From the human T2T-CHM13v2.0 reference genome, Homo sapiens, in assembly GCF_009914755.1 (NCBI RefSeq), contig NC_060940.1: a DNA stretch of 64,000 bases; one strand, written 5' to 3'. Below the pieces are notes generated by a model. It ran no database searches. It saw only the letters and a program-made list of their open reading frames with translations, and was not told the origin of the DNA. Within the stretch, counting starts at the first letter, position 1. The number at the start of each line of letters is the position of its first letter. Below, piece by piece: positions 1 to 14,591 of this stretch. The position numbers and the translations under genes were made by a program.

Positions 1-315
<315 letters not shown>

Positions 316-1229
316 TGAGGGCCTTTTGGACTTAGGAGGAATCCAGATCACATAGAGAGATATTCCGTTGTAGGGTAGAGTAACACACAGGGAACACTGA
401 GATGAGGGGTCCTCCTTCTTGCCTAAACAAGTCAGGAAACATTTGCTGAGGAGGGGGCCTTGAATGTGGCAGGGGATCTACAATGCTGTCCACCCTGCTG
501 GTGATAACTCCTTGAAAGCTTATAGCCTTGTTACCTTGCTCACCAAACTACAATGGATCCCCAGAATAATAAATCCAAATTCTTTTGATGGCAACTGAAC
601 ACCCTAATTACCATTCAGCATGGTTCTCTTGCTCTTCCCTTCAAGCAATACTAGTTTCTATTCCTCCTGCTTATCCTTCCTCCTGTGCTGCCATTTAAAA
701 TGTATATTTTTCCAACTGCCGCTTATTCAAATCCTCTATTTTCTTTCGTAGTCCAGCTAAAGGCTTACTTTCTCCAAGAAACATCTGGTTTCATACACAT
801 ATTTCTTTCACTATACCTTCCGCCTCTATTGCAATGTCATAAATTTGTTCTGATGTTATTTTGAAATAGTTTCTGTTGTGTAAGAGTACCTTGTCTCCCT
901 ACAGGGATAAAATTCCCAAAGACAATAAATTCAGAGTTCTAGCAGATAGTTCAAAGAGCAGGAGGTTATGAGAGAGAGTACCTCCCCTCCCTGATCCTCA
1001 ACTCTCAGGCTGAGCTGTTCTCTGGATAGTGCAGCAGCTAAAGTCTTGGTTTCAATGAAGATACGTTTCCCTATCCCCAGAACCTGTGCGGAGGAGCGGT
1101 CCTCTAATGCGGTGTTGGTGAAGAAGGATTCGAGAGGGAAATACCAGGAAGCCCACAGCTCCATTTCCCCTCCCAGATTCTACAGATGCAGGGTGGGTGG
1201 TCTCTAGGGAGACTTCTCCGGAACTAAGA

Positions 1230-1689
1230 TGTATTAGTTCCGAGGACTGCCGTTACAAACACACAAACTTGGTGATTTCATAGAAGTTTGTTCTTGTATA
1301 GTCTAGAGCCCAGATGTCCAAAATCAAGGACCATGCTTCCTCCAGAAGCTCCACGGAAGAATCCGCTGCATACCTTCTCCTGGCTCCTGGTAGCTGCTGG
1401 CTGTCCTTGGTGGACTCTGGCTTATGGCTGCATTACTCCAATCTCTGTCTCCTTGATCATATTGCCTCTTTCTCTTCTCTCTGTCAAATAAATCTCCCTT
1501 ACGCATCTCTTATAAGGGAACATCATTGGATTTAGGGCCCAACCAGATAGTCCAGGATGACCTCTTCATCTAACAGTCCTTCATTTAATTACATCTGCAA
1601 AGACCCTTTTCCAAATAGAGTCACATTCAGAAGGTTCTGGGAATTTGGACACGAACCTTTTTGCAGGCCATCATTCAACACCCACTACA
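1230..1689 (-). mobile_element. MaLR solo LTR (MLT1C/D-like)
   Basis: Starts tgtattagtt, ends ccactaca; MLT1 motifs ggatttagggccc and aattacatctgcaaagaccctttt. Confidence 0.85.
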
Positions 1690-3230
1690 TCAGGTTTCTG
1701 ACAGTACCATGGTAATCGAATTCTCTGAATTTTCCTCTAACCATGGTGATTTACGAAGCATACTCATCATTCAGCTTAAGTATGACAAATAATAAAGTCA
1801 CTTTCTGCTCCTGAGTTATTGGCTGAAATTTATACAGGGAGCATTTGCAAAGTGCTTTCACGAAAAAAAAAAGATAAACTAACTCTGCCCTCAAGGATAT
1901 TATAATCCAGTAGGAAAAGTAAATATGTACACAAGTTTAGGAGAGTTGAATGAAGGTGAAAAACACAATACTGTGAAGCAAGATTGGGGAGAGAATAAAA
2001 GCTGTTCCTTTTCTCTCTCTTTCTTCCCCCACAGCACTCTTGCTGGCATGCATTCAAACACCTTATGCACATCACAACTGTCCCATTAGCTGATGCTTTA
2101 GGTCACTTCTTTTGGCTGAAGGCCAATGGATACCCTTTGATAAATGTGACTTTCTGGAGTTCCCATGAGCCCCAAATCTGAACCTGTCATACAGAAAATT
2201 TATATTAAATATATGGCAAATGCCTCAAAAAACTCAAAGAAAAGCCAAAGTGAATAATACTATTTTTTCAGATTTATTTTCTTTAGTAATGTGAGTCTAT
2301 GGATAATTTTATATAAAGAAGATATATATTATGTGCAATAAATACATATAAAGGACATATAAATGATATATATGCATAATGTCTACTCTTTATAGAGCTT
2401 CTGTTGCCTGTATTTTATACAGGACTGGAAATAGATACACATGCAATATTATCTACCACTAAAAATTTTTAGCAATTTTAACTTCTCCTTTGTGGGAGCT
2501 TTCAGATTTCCATTTCTGTCTTTATCCACAATTCTGTGCCTTTATCCATGCAAAAGTAACATTAAATCACTTTCACATAAGGACTTAGCTTCCACTGCCA
2601 GCTCGGGGTCAACAGTCAGGGCTGGGATGGAAAGAAGTGCTGATTAATAGGGCTTTAAAGACTGGTTCAGATGTCTTAACACAAAGACAAATATCTGAAA
2701 TGGTTCCACATTTTTTCAGTGGCTCAGAACTTCATTTACAATCATTACTTCTAGCCAGATTACATTGGACTACAATTTCCCAGTGACAAAGGCATGTTTC
2801 CTTAAGTTTCTTTTTGCCCTTCAAGGACAATCCAAGGAGACAGTTAATTCATTATAGATATACAGAAAGAGCATAAGGAAACGGGGAAAGGGACAGTCTC
2901 CTTAGAGAATCTGGGAGAACATAACGGATTGTACATTATATTTAAAGAGCAGACAGAAGGAGGAGCATAGTGGAATGCCTTAATAAACACGATGGGCTGC
3001 TTGAAAAAGAAGGTGGCTTCATCCTACATGGGTACAGATTTTTTCACAAAGCATTTCTGTTTTTAAAGGACTTATCTTTCTAACCCTGAGAGGTTAGCAC
3101 AAGTTAAATAAGAAAATCTTATTCATCAAAGTCAAAATGAGAGTATCTATAGATTCTATGCCTTGTCCCCTACCCCAGTTCCTCATATACAGAGTGCTTC
3201 CTAAGAGGAAAATGACCTAAAGTGGTAGAA

Positions 3231-3526
<296 letters not shown>

Positions 3527-4689
3527 AGTAGAATTTTGTTTAATGAATTGCTCTCACTGTCTCATAAATTAAAAGGCACCGTATTGTCAGTTTATCAAAC
3601 TATCAACATGGATTGAGATGCAGTTCTCATATGCCTGCTGGATTTGAGTTGTTAGCTCAAGGCTGATTATCTAACAATTATTTCAGTGAAAGCAAAGCCC
3701 AGGAGCTATAGATTCCGAGAATCTATCCTTCAGAAAGGCCAGCAGAATACTGCTTTGTGAGAGTGCTGTGTTTCCTCAGCCACCCCACTCAGAGCAAAGC
3801 TTTTGGTAGCAGCTCTCTGTTAACTACAAAGCAATAATTTGAAGAATATGTAATAAAAAAATCAATGTGTCTACCTATGTTAAAAAAATTCAGTCTGCTC
3901 TTTCCCTATTGAATTTTTCTGAAGAAGGAAACTTGTGGTGCAAAGGAGGACTCTAATTTTTAGCAAAATATCTATAATACAGCATGTCCAAGTCTGCAAA
4001 CTTGTTTTTAAACTGATACCAATTCACATATACATGTTTTTCCAAAGAATGCTTATCAATTTATTTGTCCTTTGGATCTAAGTGAGGGGCATTCCACAGA
4101 GACGTGGAAAGTGGAAAAGAAACAGAGCCAATAATTCTCATGTAGCAATAGTGGACAGAGTGAGGGTTTTAGCAAATGGCAGACCTGACAATTTGCCAGG
4201 ATTTCAGAATGTTCTCCCGCGTATCGTCAGCTTCAGGAATGTAGGCAAACGGATTTGCTGGCAGAGGTGCCTTAAAATTCCTGAACTTACTAGAGATATT
4301 TTCTCCTTTGACCCCTTCATTCATTTTGAAAACCTTTAATTCCCTATTTAATTCCTACTCAGCTTGAAATACCTAGTGTGATTTCCATTCTCTTTACTAA
4401 ATTTCAACCAATTGAGTAAGGAATAAAAATTATTCTCAGATCAACTGCTATGATGTTTAAAATGTGAAACTGTAAATTTTATTTAACTCAAACAACTATG
4501 GTGACAATTAATGTTTCTACTAAGTTAGATAATTGTGGTCATTTCCAAACATACTTCATCCTCTGACACAATCAGGAATCATGTGATCATGTGATTGGCT
4601 GATTGACCTGCATCCATTTGACCACGGGGCTCTGTACCTCACATAGACCACATCACTGAATGTTGACATGATTCCATCAATCATTTAAT

Positions 4690-4830
4690 ATAATCTTCAG
4701 TTTATATTTGAGGACATCAAGGCTTAGAGATGTAGCATGACTTGTTTCACAGCCAGGAAGGATGGGAATTTGAAATCAAATCAGATACTGTGTTAATGTC
4801 CAAACCCCCAACCCTTCCTGCCACATTAAC
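4690..4830 (-). mobile_element. MIR fragment
   Basis: Degenerate MIR core (gaggacatcaaggcttagagatgtagcatgacttg...gggaatttgaaatc). Confidence 0.55.
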
Positions 4831-5174
4831 TGACTTTTTTACCATAGCTAGTAAGTAATGTTGGAGAGTGATCATTATGATCATTTTTGATAATCAACAT
4901 AAGGTAACGTTATACAAACCAACCACTGCACCAACCAACTATACAATGGTATAGTTGTATACCATTCGTATACCAACACTATACAATGTTTTGTGACAGC
5001 ATCAGCATTCTTAGTCTTTGCCAGACATTGTGGAAGTTTGCCCAGCCAGTTTTTGGTAGTAGATATGTGTTTTCAGAAATGCCATGAGAGCCGACACCAT
5101 GGATGCCAGGAGAAGGGGCTCTGAAGAGTCAGGAAAGCTCTAACAAGGGGCTGACTAAAGGATCTGGATTTAGC

Positions 5175-5415
5175 GGCCAGGCACAGTGGCTCACACCTGT
5201 AATCCCAGCACTTTGGGAGGCCGAGGCAGGCAGATCAGCTGAGGTCAGGAGTTTGAGACTAGCCTGGCCAACATGGTGAAACCCCCTCTGTACTAAAATA
5301 CAAAAATTAGCCGGGCGTGGTGGTGGATGTCTGTAATCCCAGCTACTTGGGAGGCTGAGGCATGAGAATCGCTTGAACCCAGGAAGTGGTGGTTGCAGTA
5401 AGCCAAGATCGCGCC
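5175..5415 (+). mobile_element. AluS lacking its 3' end and poly-A tail
   Basis: Alu sequence from ggccaggc to gatcgcgcc, flanked by direct repeat gatctggattta (5161-5172, 5416-5427). Confidence 0.95.
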
Positions 5416-5428
5416 GATCTGGATTTAA

Positions 5429-5471
5429 AACAACAACAAACAACAACAACAACAACAGCAGCAGCAGCAAC
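5429..5471 (+). repeat. (CAA)n(CAG)n microsatellite
   Basis: caacaacaaacaacaacaacaacaacagcagcagcagcaac read directly. Confidence 0.9.
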
Positions 5472-6426
5472 CACAAAAACATTACTTCCCAGATCTCATT
5501 TCACTAGAAGACATACTCCCTGTATTCTCTTGGGTCTTCCATGAAACATACATATCGACATATTTTCTTCCAAGGACTATCAGTTCCATCAACTTCCTTA
5601 ATGCAATTCTGGAAAATTTGAGGCTCTTACAGGAAAGACATGCTTTTGTTTTTTTGCTGGGAACATTGCAGCAGAAGAGCTTTCTGTCTGGCAGGCTCCC
5701 TACTCAAAAGATGCCCACTGGACTTCACAGTGAGAGGTTTGGCTTCACCTGGGGGCAGGAAATCGTATCACTAGCAATTTTCCCTGCCAGTCCTTCTACA
5801 TGACAAAGCACATATGGATGCAAATAAGCTAATCCTTCTCTGGAAGAGCAAGCTGCACCTGGAAGTCAGCTCATAGGCGTGCCAGATGGAGAAGATGTGA
5901 TTGTGAGGTACCTGGGGGACTGCCACAAAACAGACTGGGAAAATCCCCACCTGGGCTGCCTGAGATAACACCTAATCATCTACTGGGATAATTGGCCTCT
6001 GAAAGGGTTACATGCTAATAATAGAATCAAGTCACTAGCTTATTAAACTCTTAAAAGGTTAGGAATATTTGACTATGGATTAGGGAATTCCTGACGATGA
6101 AAAGCCATCAAAGTTCAAATACATTAAAAACATGTAAGTCTACAGGAAGATATTGTGAATCCTGTTGGGTGGGAAAAAATATACTTAGGGAAAGGTCACC
6201 TCTCAAATAATAGAATAGGGAATTTCCATGTAGAGTCCGATGGATCTTGGCAAAAATTTGGAATGTCCCCCAACTATCACCAAACCACCAAAATAGTGAT
6301 GTTGGTACAGAATATCAATAAAAACAGAAAAATATTCCTACTATAGTTGGTCAATATGTGGTCTAACTCAGTTTCCAAAACATACCCTCTTTTATTTCTC
6401 TGTCTACCGTGAATTTCTTAATGACA

Positions 6427-6978
6427 AGAGGTGGTTTTAAAATATGTCTGCGATATCATTGATAGCCCTCCCATCAAAAGATGGGAGTCTCTCCTTTCAC
6501 CCCTTGGATATTAGTGACTTGCTTGTAACCAGTTAGGATGCAGGGGAAGTGGTGTTGAGTGACTTCAAAGGCTAAGGGAGGAAAGAAGATGCAGTTTCTA
6601 TCTGGTTCTCTTGGGATCCTCACTCTAGAGGAATTTAGCCTTCATCTAATAAATGACTACCCTGAGATCCCTATACTGGAGAATGTACAAGAAGAAATTC
6701 TTACCTGTAGCCCTAGCCACGGTTCTAGCTTATTACCAGCTTAACTCCCAGTCATGTGAATAATCACATCTTGTACAGCTCATCCAGTCAAGCTTTTAGA
6801 TGACTGCAAGCCACAACCAGCATCTGATTGCAACTGCATGAGAGATCCCAAACGAGAGCTGCCTAGTGAGGCTATTTCCAAATTCCTGAACCACAGAAGT
6901 GCGGATAAATAAAATAGTGGTTGGTTTACACCACTAAATTTTAGAGTAATTTATTACACAACAGTAGTAACTGGAAAA
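6427..6978 (+). mobile_element. MaLR solo LTR (MLT1F/G-like)
   Basis: gtggttttaaaatatgtc start, ctcccatcaaaagatgggagtct, gattgcaactgcatgagagatccc, end cagtagtaactggaa. Confidence 0.8.
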
Positions 6979-7022
6979 ATCTATGAAAAGCATTTTTTTT
7001 TACAATTTCTCCAAATTTCCAA

Positions 7023-7230
7023 GTAATAATAGCTAACATTTTAAAATACTCTTACAGTTGATAAAGTACAATCATATAGATTATCTCATTTGATTTTTAT
7101 AAATATCATGTGAAGAAGTATAATTGTCATGAATCCCTGAGACAGAGACAAATGCTTAATATACCAAACAGGGCTAAGATCCATGTCATTTTACTCCAAC
7201 ACAATGGCCTTTGACACTGTGCTGTCTCTC
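7023..7230 (-). mobile_element. MIR fragment
   Basis: aataatagctaacattt...ttatctcatttgat is the reverse MIR 3' end. Confidence 0.6.
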
Positions 7231-8950
7231 AAATGTGGCAAAATATTTTAAGTAGTTAAAAATTGTTTCTATTAAAAAACACTAGTTGATAATAGAAAAA
7301 CTAACAGCATTGGTTCTTTGCTTGTTGTTTCCAGATTGACTATCTCTTTATACATTTATATGTTCTTATAAAATTTTAAAAAGACATAATAAAGCAATTC
7401 CTGGAGAGACTAGATGGCAGCCAATTCTTGCTTTTCCTTATGTTTGTAAATAACAGGGAGCTTTCTCTATAATTTTACTCTTGACATTATAAGGAACAGA
7501 CCAAATTCAAGAATTGAAACAAAGTTGAATTTTAACCAGGCATGGAGAGACTTATATTTAATAATATCAACTCTCTGGATTTTACATCTTTAAACATATA
7601 TTGAGAATTGATTAATTGAGGTCCTTAAAATTTAGAATTTGCTTAATCCTAAAAGAGTTTGCCAAATCTGGCATGCTGTCTAGGTAGTTTGAGTTCTCCT
7701 GTATTAAATTTTTACAATGGATAAATCAACAAAAACACATTTACTTTTTCCTGTTAAAGGCATTGATATGATGCAAAGAAGTATAAAATGTTCTGCCAGC
7801 CTTACAAAAGCTGACATTTTGATTGGGGGCCATTCAGAGATAACTTTGCATGATACAGAAGTACGCTGGATTAGGAATATATTTCCCTATGTACCTGAAA
7901 GAGGTGTCATACAGATTAAGAATAAAAATGCTTTGTAAGTCACAAAACATTAAGCAAATGCAATATGAAATATATGTGTAAATTAAAACAGGAAGTTTTA
8001 TCCAAAATGGTGGTTGGATCCCATGGTGCTTCTGCTCAGTTTTTAGAAAGTTGTATCCTACTGGCTCGTTCCACAGTGAAGATGTTAAACTGTACCTTAC
8101 TGTCTGATTCAAGAAGAGATGGTCCATTACTGGCTACTAACCCTTCTAATTACATATATCACATGGAAAGAAAAAAAAAAAGCCTTTTCTAAGAATTTCA
8201 ATCAAGATAAACTTTAGTAAGATTCCAGGAAAAATTCACCATCTAGTAGGTGTCACCAAAATTCAAGGTTAAACTGAGGTTCATTAGCAGAGAGGATGCC
8301 TGATTAAAATGAAAAAAGACAAAAAGAATGATGAGATGCATAAACCTTGTCTACAAATTTCTTAGAGCAAATTACCAATGGTATATGAGAATAAACATTT
8401 ACATACTCGATGATTGTTTTGAAGTCTTAATTTGCATGGTTATTTTTTTCTACGACCACAGGACATATTATGTTCCTGAGAACTAAACTGGAGAATTGGG
8501 TATAGTTCTTTTATACCAGGCATCTAATTTAATGCTATTAGGAAAATATTGTCAAGAAATATAATGGTCTCTTGAAACATGGGGAATACAGAAGAAAAGA
8601 TGGCTTGTTCACTTGGATGTTTAAAAACAAACCAGTGTTCCAAATTGCCCTTCCTAAAGTGATTCAAAACACCAGCAAGAATGAGACACTGACTTTTATA
8701 TTAAGACACCACGATCTCAGTATGACTTGCCACCATGTTGTACTGTAACCTTTTGGCCCACTTTTGACTTCAGTTTCTTTCCTATTTAAAATAGAAATAT
8801 TCCTATTTCCTATTTAAAACAACAGTAGTGGAACTAATAACGTTAAAACAATTCTTATTGAGCACACAGTTCAGTGTGATGAAAAAATGGAAGTGACTAA
8901 TTCAGGCAAAGTGGGGAAAAATACAAAGAAAAATAAACAAGAAAAATCTC

Positions 8951-9330
8951 TTACATAGTTTGGATATTTGTCCCTGCCCAAATCTAGTGTTGAATTGTAA
9001 TCTCCAATGTTGAAGGTGGGGCTTGGTGGGAGGTGTTTTGATCATGGGGACAGATCCCTCATGCATGGCTTGGGCCATCCCCTTGGTGATGAGTGAGATC
9101 TCGCTCTGTGTTCACAGAGTTCTCGCTCTTGCTCCTGCTTTTGCCATGTGAAGTACCTATTTCCCATTTGCCTTCCACCATGAGTAAAAGCTTCCTGAGG
9201 CCTCCCCAGAAGCAGATGCCACTATGCTTCCTGCACAGCCTGCAGACCTCTGAGCCAATGAAACCTCTTTTCTTATAAATGATCCAGTCTCAGGTATTTC
9301 TTTATAGAAATGCAAGAACAGCTGAACACA
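8951..9330 (+). mobile_element. MaLR solo LTR (MSTB-like), internally deleted
   Basis: atagtttggatatttgtccctgcccaaatct...gcaagaacagctgaacaca; 5-bp TSD atctc/atatc. Confidence 0.9.
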
Positions 9331-9412
9331 ATATCAGATATTGAAAAGTGCTATGAAGAGTACTATTTATAATATTGTAATAAAATACTGGTATGGAAAT
9401 ATAGCTGATCTT

Positions 9413-9665
9413 TGAGGTTTCTCAACCTTGGAACTATTGACATTTTAGACTAGATAATTCTCCGTCATGGAGGGTTTGTTTGTGCATAGGAGGATGTTTT
9501 GCAGCCTCCCTGGTCTTTACCCACTAGATGCCAGCACTGTGTCCCATCCAGTGGCCACCCAAAATGTCTCAAGACATGGCCAAATATCTTTGGAGCTATT
9601 TACCATTTATATTTACCACTTACCATTACCATGGAAAAAAAATCACTCGTAGTTGAGAACCACTG
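9413..9665 (+). mobile_element. MER20 hAT-Charlie DNA transposon
   Basis: TIRs ggtttctcaac...gttgagaaccactg; internal tttacccactagatgccagca. Confidence 0.88.
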
Positions 9666-9702
9666 TGACTAGAGTCACTAGAGAATAACTTCCGGCACCA
9701 AA

Positions 9703-9986
9703 TTTTATTTTATATCAGTAGTTTTGGGGATGAGTTCCTTTGTGGTGATTTCTGAGATTTCCATGCACCTGTCACCCGAGCAGTGTACACTGTACCCAAT
9801 GTGTAGTCTTTTATCCCTCAACCCCCTTCCCACCTTTCCTCTCCAAGTTCAAAGTTCATTGTATCATTCTTATGCCTTTGCTTCCTCATAGCTTAGCTCC
9901 CACTTATAAATGAGAGCATATGATGTTTGGTTTTCCATTTCTGAGTTACTTCACTTAGAATAACGGTCTCCAACTCCATCCAGGTC
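9703..9986 (-). mobile_element. L1PB-type LINE-1 3' end, 5'-truncated
   Basis: gtggtgatttctgagatt...cccgagcagtgtacactgtaccc...agttacttcacttagaataa; TSD gcaccaaat at 9695-9703 and 9989-9997. Confidence 0.88.
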
Positions 9987-10993
9987 AAGCACCAAATATG
10001 TTCTGATGCCAGAATATGACAACATTGTGTACTGAAGCTGTCTCATCCCACCTTTTCAAGAACCTTATAATTATAGTCTATAATTATAGATGCCATCCTC
10101 TTCTGTGCCCAGTTGTAAAACTTGCTGAGCTGTTTAACTCAGTAACATTCCAAACCTGTACTGGTTACGAATGGAAAATATCTTCAGACCCTGTAAAATA
10201 GATGACAAGGTGTTCTAAACTAGTGACACAGCTAAGAAACTCGATGAATAGAGCTTCTAAGCTGCTATCCAGAGGCCGACAGGAATGGTGTAGAGTTTCC
10301 CCAAATGAAAGCGCCCATCTGCACAGTCATAAAAGATAACCCATTACCATGGCAGGAAATCAAAACTGCAATAAATTTTAAGAAAGAAGAATGATGAAGG
10401 AGAAATGGTAGAAAATCTCCAGTGAGAAGATGCTCAGCACATAAAAAGGAAGAGAGCAGTTCAGGCCGTGACAGTTCTGCGCAGGGAATGACCTTGGGCT
10501 GTCTGCAGGTGAACCAGGGAACACTTGGAAAGCTGGTGAAAATATTTCAAGTGGTTCCAGGCATTAGTGTTTAGACAAGCCCTTCTCTCTTTCATTCAAA
10601 TTATTTTCAAGTTAACTAGAAATAATGGCGAAGAAAATCTTTGTCTTTGATTCTGGCTGTAGAGAAATTCCATTTGGAAACTGTTAAGTAGCTCATGAAA
10701 TTAAAACTCACATCTGAATTAAAAATCCCCACATTCCTTTATGTGTGCTAAATTGTAGGGCATATGCTATAGGAGATTTTTGCCCTAGAAACTTCAAAAA
10801 CTCTAGGAAATATTTTTAGTAAGCATGAGAAGAAATAATTGAGCTATTAGATATTTATAATAAATAAAAATTGGTTATTATGAGTTACCTTTTCTAAGGT
10901 AACTGGTTCATTAGGCTCATATCTTACAGGGAATTGACATTCCTATCTCTCTGCTTATTATCTTCCAAAGTTATCTATATTGCTTATCTACTA

Positions 10994-11275
<282 letters not shown>

Positions 11276-11307
11276 CTATTTCCCTTAAATAAAAAGTGCG
11301 GGTTGGA

Positions 11308-11587
11308 GGCTGGGCATGGTGGCTCACGCCTGTAATCCCAGTACTTTGGGAAACCGAGGCTGGTGGATCACAAGGTCAGGAGTTCAAGACCAGCCTGGCC
11401 AAGGTGGTGAAACCCCGTCTCTACTAAAAATACAAAAAAATTAGCTGGGCACGATGATGGGTGTCTGTAATCCCAGCTACTCAGGAGGCTGAGGCAGAGA
11501 ATTGCTTGAACCCAGGAGGCTGAGGCTGCACTGAGCCAAGATCACGCCACTGCACTCCAGCCTAGGTGACAAAGCAAGACTCTGCCT

Positions 11588-11618
<31 letters not shown>
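11308..11618 (+). mobile_element. Alu SINE (AluSg-like)
   Basis: Full dimer with the 2-bp left-arm deletion (gatcacaaggtc), long A tail; TSD aaaaagtgcgggttgga / aaaaagcgcaggttgga. Confidence 0.97.
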
Positions 11619-11619
<1 letters not shown>

Positions 11620-11759
11620 CGCAGGTTGGAAAGGGCATAGGAGTAAGGTGACCTGAAAACACATCCTCTACGATTTACCAGCTACGTGATTCTGTTAATT
11701 CATTCAACATTTCTCAGAATCACGTTTTTCATATATATGTTCAATATAATAATTATATA

Positions 11760-11983
11760 TAGGTTGAGCATCTCTAATCCAAAAACTCAAAATCCAAAGT
11801 GCTCCAAAATCTGAAACTTTCTGAGTGCTAATATGACACTCAAAGGAAATGCTCATTGAAGCATTTTGGAGTTTTGGATCAGGATACTCAACCAGTAAAA
11901 TGCAAATATTCTGAAATCCAAAATAATTTGAAATCTGAAATACTTCTGGTCCCAAACATTTTGGATAAGGAATACTCAGCCTG
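11760..11983 (+). mobile_element. Tigger4a/MER46-like TcMar MITE inserted into a MIR
   Basis: TIRs aggttgagcatc...gaatactcagcctg, TA target site; MIR-like sequence on both flanks (about 11660-11745 and 11985-12085). Confidence 0.88.
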
Positions 11984-12147
11984 TATTATTCAGTGGGCAG
12001 CTGTGAAGACATAAAGAAATGGCCTAGAGGAAAATGCTTTGCAAACTGTTAAGTTCTACTGAGTGGTGGTATTGTTAGTATTGTATTATTGAATTAACAT
12101 AAAATGTGACTATAACATGGTTTATGAAAAACTTTCAAGCATGAGTA

Positions 12148-12690
12148 TGACCAAGAGGTCCTAAAGGTTTTCCTCAGCTTGATTAAACATTACACAGGCT
12201 TCTTCTTGAGGCACTGACTTCCCTTTTTTTAGAGGATTTTCTTTAGAAAACTTGCAGTCGGGCAAGTTTGTTCTCTGCCTCTTTAACATGTAAATCTCTT
12301 TAAAAGCCTGCTTCTATAACCCAGGAATACATTCTGCAAGGACCCAGGAGCCGTCGCTTTGAAATGTAAACATCAAGGGAGCTAGCACCCCTATCTCCAG
12401 TTTCTGTGAGAGGGTAGGAGTCTAACTTCCCTGGCCACTTTGCTCCAAGTTGTAAAACTACCTCCTATCATGAATATTAGAGAAAATTCACTTTTCCTTT
12501 GGCTAAGACCAGTGAACAAATACCGATGGCCTGTGATCCCCCTACACTTCAACTCTGAAAAACTCTCCTACTCTTTGTTTCAGGGGAGTTAAATTCAGAT
12601 TTTAGTTCTGGCCTCTCTCCCATTGCAATAGCTTTGAATAAAGACTTCCTTGCTTACTTGATTTTATCCTGTGCAATTTTTGCATTGACA
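12148..12690 (+). mobile_element. ERV1 (MER4-group) solo LTR, MER67/MER31-like
   Basis: TG...CA ends, ctttgaaatgtaaacatcaagg, aataaa near 12637, end tgcaatttttgcattgaca. Confidence 0.75.
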
Positions 12691-12730
12691 TCTATATGCA
12701 AAAGAACAAAGATATACTGGGATTCATTTG

Positions 12731-12806
12731 CAGCAAAATTTAATAGCCTCTGGGACCCACTTGTGATTCAGCAAAATTTAACAGCCTCTGGGATCCACTT
12801 GTGTTT
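12731..12806. repeat. 38-bp tandem duplication (2 copies)
   Basis: cagcaaaatttaatagcctctgggacccacttgtgatt / cagcaaaatttaacagcctctgggatccacttgtgttt, 3 mismatches. Confidence 0.95.
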
Positions 12807-13377
12807 CCACCCTGGTTACATCATCACCACTCTCTAATAGATTGTAACCTCCTGGAGAAGAGGGACTAATCTAAAAACCGACAACATCTAACAATGATCT
12901 CTCTACAGAAGCATGTACTTGCATCTGTGAATCAACACTTAGATATTAATATCTTCAGTGCCTGAATCTACTTCAGTTTACATTTCAGAGTTTAACTTAT
13001 TTGAAGCTGGAGGACATGAAATACTTCCTCAGGTAGCATGGTGAATGGGTGTCTCTACACTTTTCCCTATAATATTACATGTTGAAAAGCAGATTGCAAA
13101 ATAAACGTACTTCAATGTAACCTTACAAAATGATTTTTAGAGAGGTATTACAATAGTTAGGTAAATGTACAAACCTCAAGAAATAGCAATATCAAACTTT
13201 TGTCAATATGAAATACAATTTAAACTTAGTTAATTTAACTCTAAAATGTTGTTGCTGCGAGATGCAGAAAGAATAGGTGTGACACAGAATCATGACAAAT
13301 AAAAATATTTCTGTCTTAGGAAAAAAGATAGAGAATAGAAAACTCCTGTCTTAAAATCCTTCAGTAGTTTCCAATTA

Positions 13378-14233
<856 letters not shown>

Positions 14234-14519
14234 TCATAAATGGAAAGGAACTGCCTCTGAAATCTAAGAACCTGCAATAGTCAAATCTGTTAATAGTATT
14301 ATCAAAAGTCTTCATTGTCATAATACTGTTTGCAAATGGGTAATACAATCATTGTGTCGCCTTCAAACCCAAAGCCCTGTGAAAGCTCTACCCCCTTACA
14401 TCTCAATGTGATGTGGTCCACATTTTTCAAACAAAGTTCACACCTATTACCTTTGCCAGCAGTGAGTTAAGTATTATTATTATCAAGCCCACTCTATTTG
14501 TGAGACACTTGATGCTGAG

Positions 14520-14591
14520 TTTATTTTTTACAGCTTTCTTGAGGTATAACAGATATACAAAAAACCTGCTCACATTTCGTATATACAATTA
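14520..14591 (-). mobile_element. Very short L1M(B-like) 3' terminus with TSD
   Basis: ttttacagctttcttgaggtataacagatatacaa; TSD gatgctgag at 14511-14519 and 14592-14600. Confidence 0.75.
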
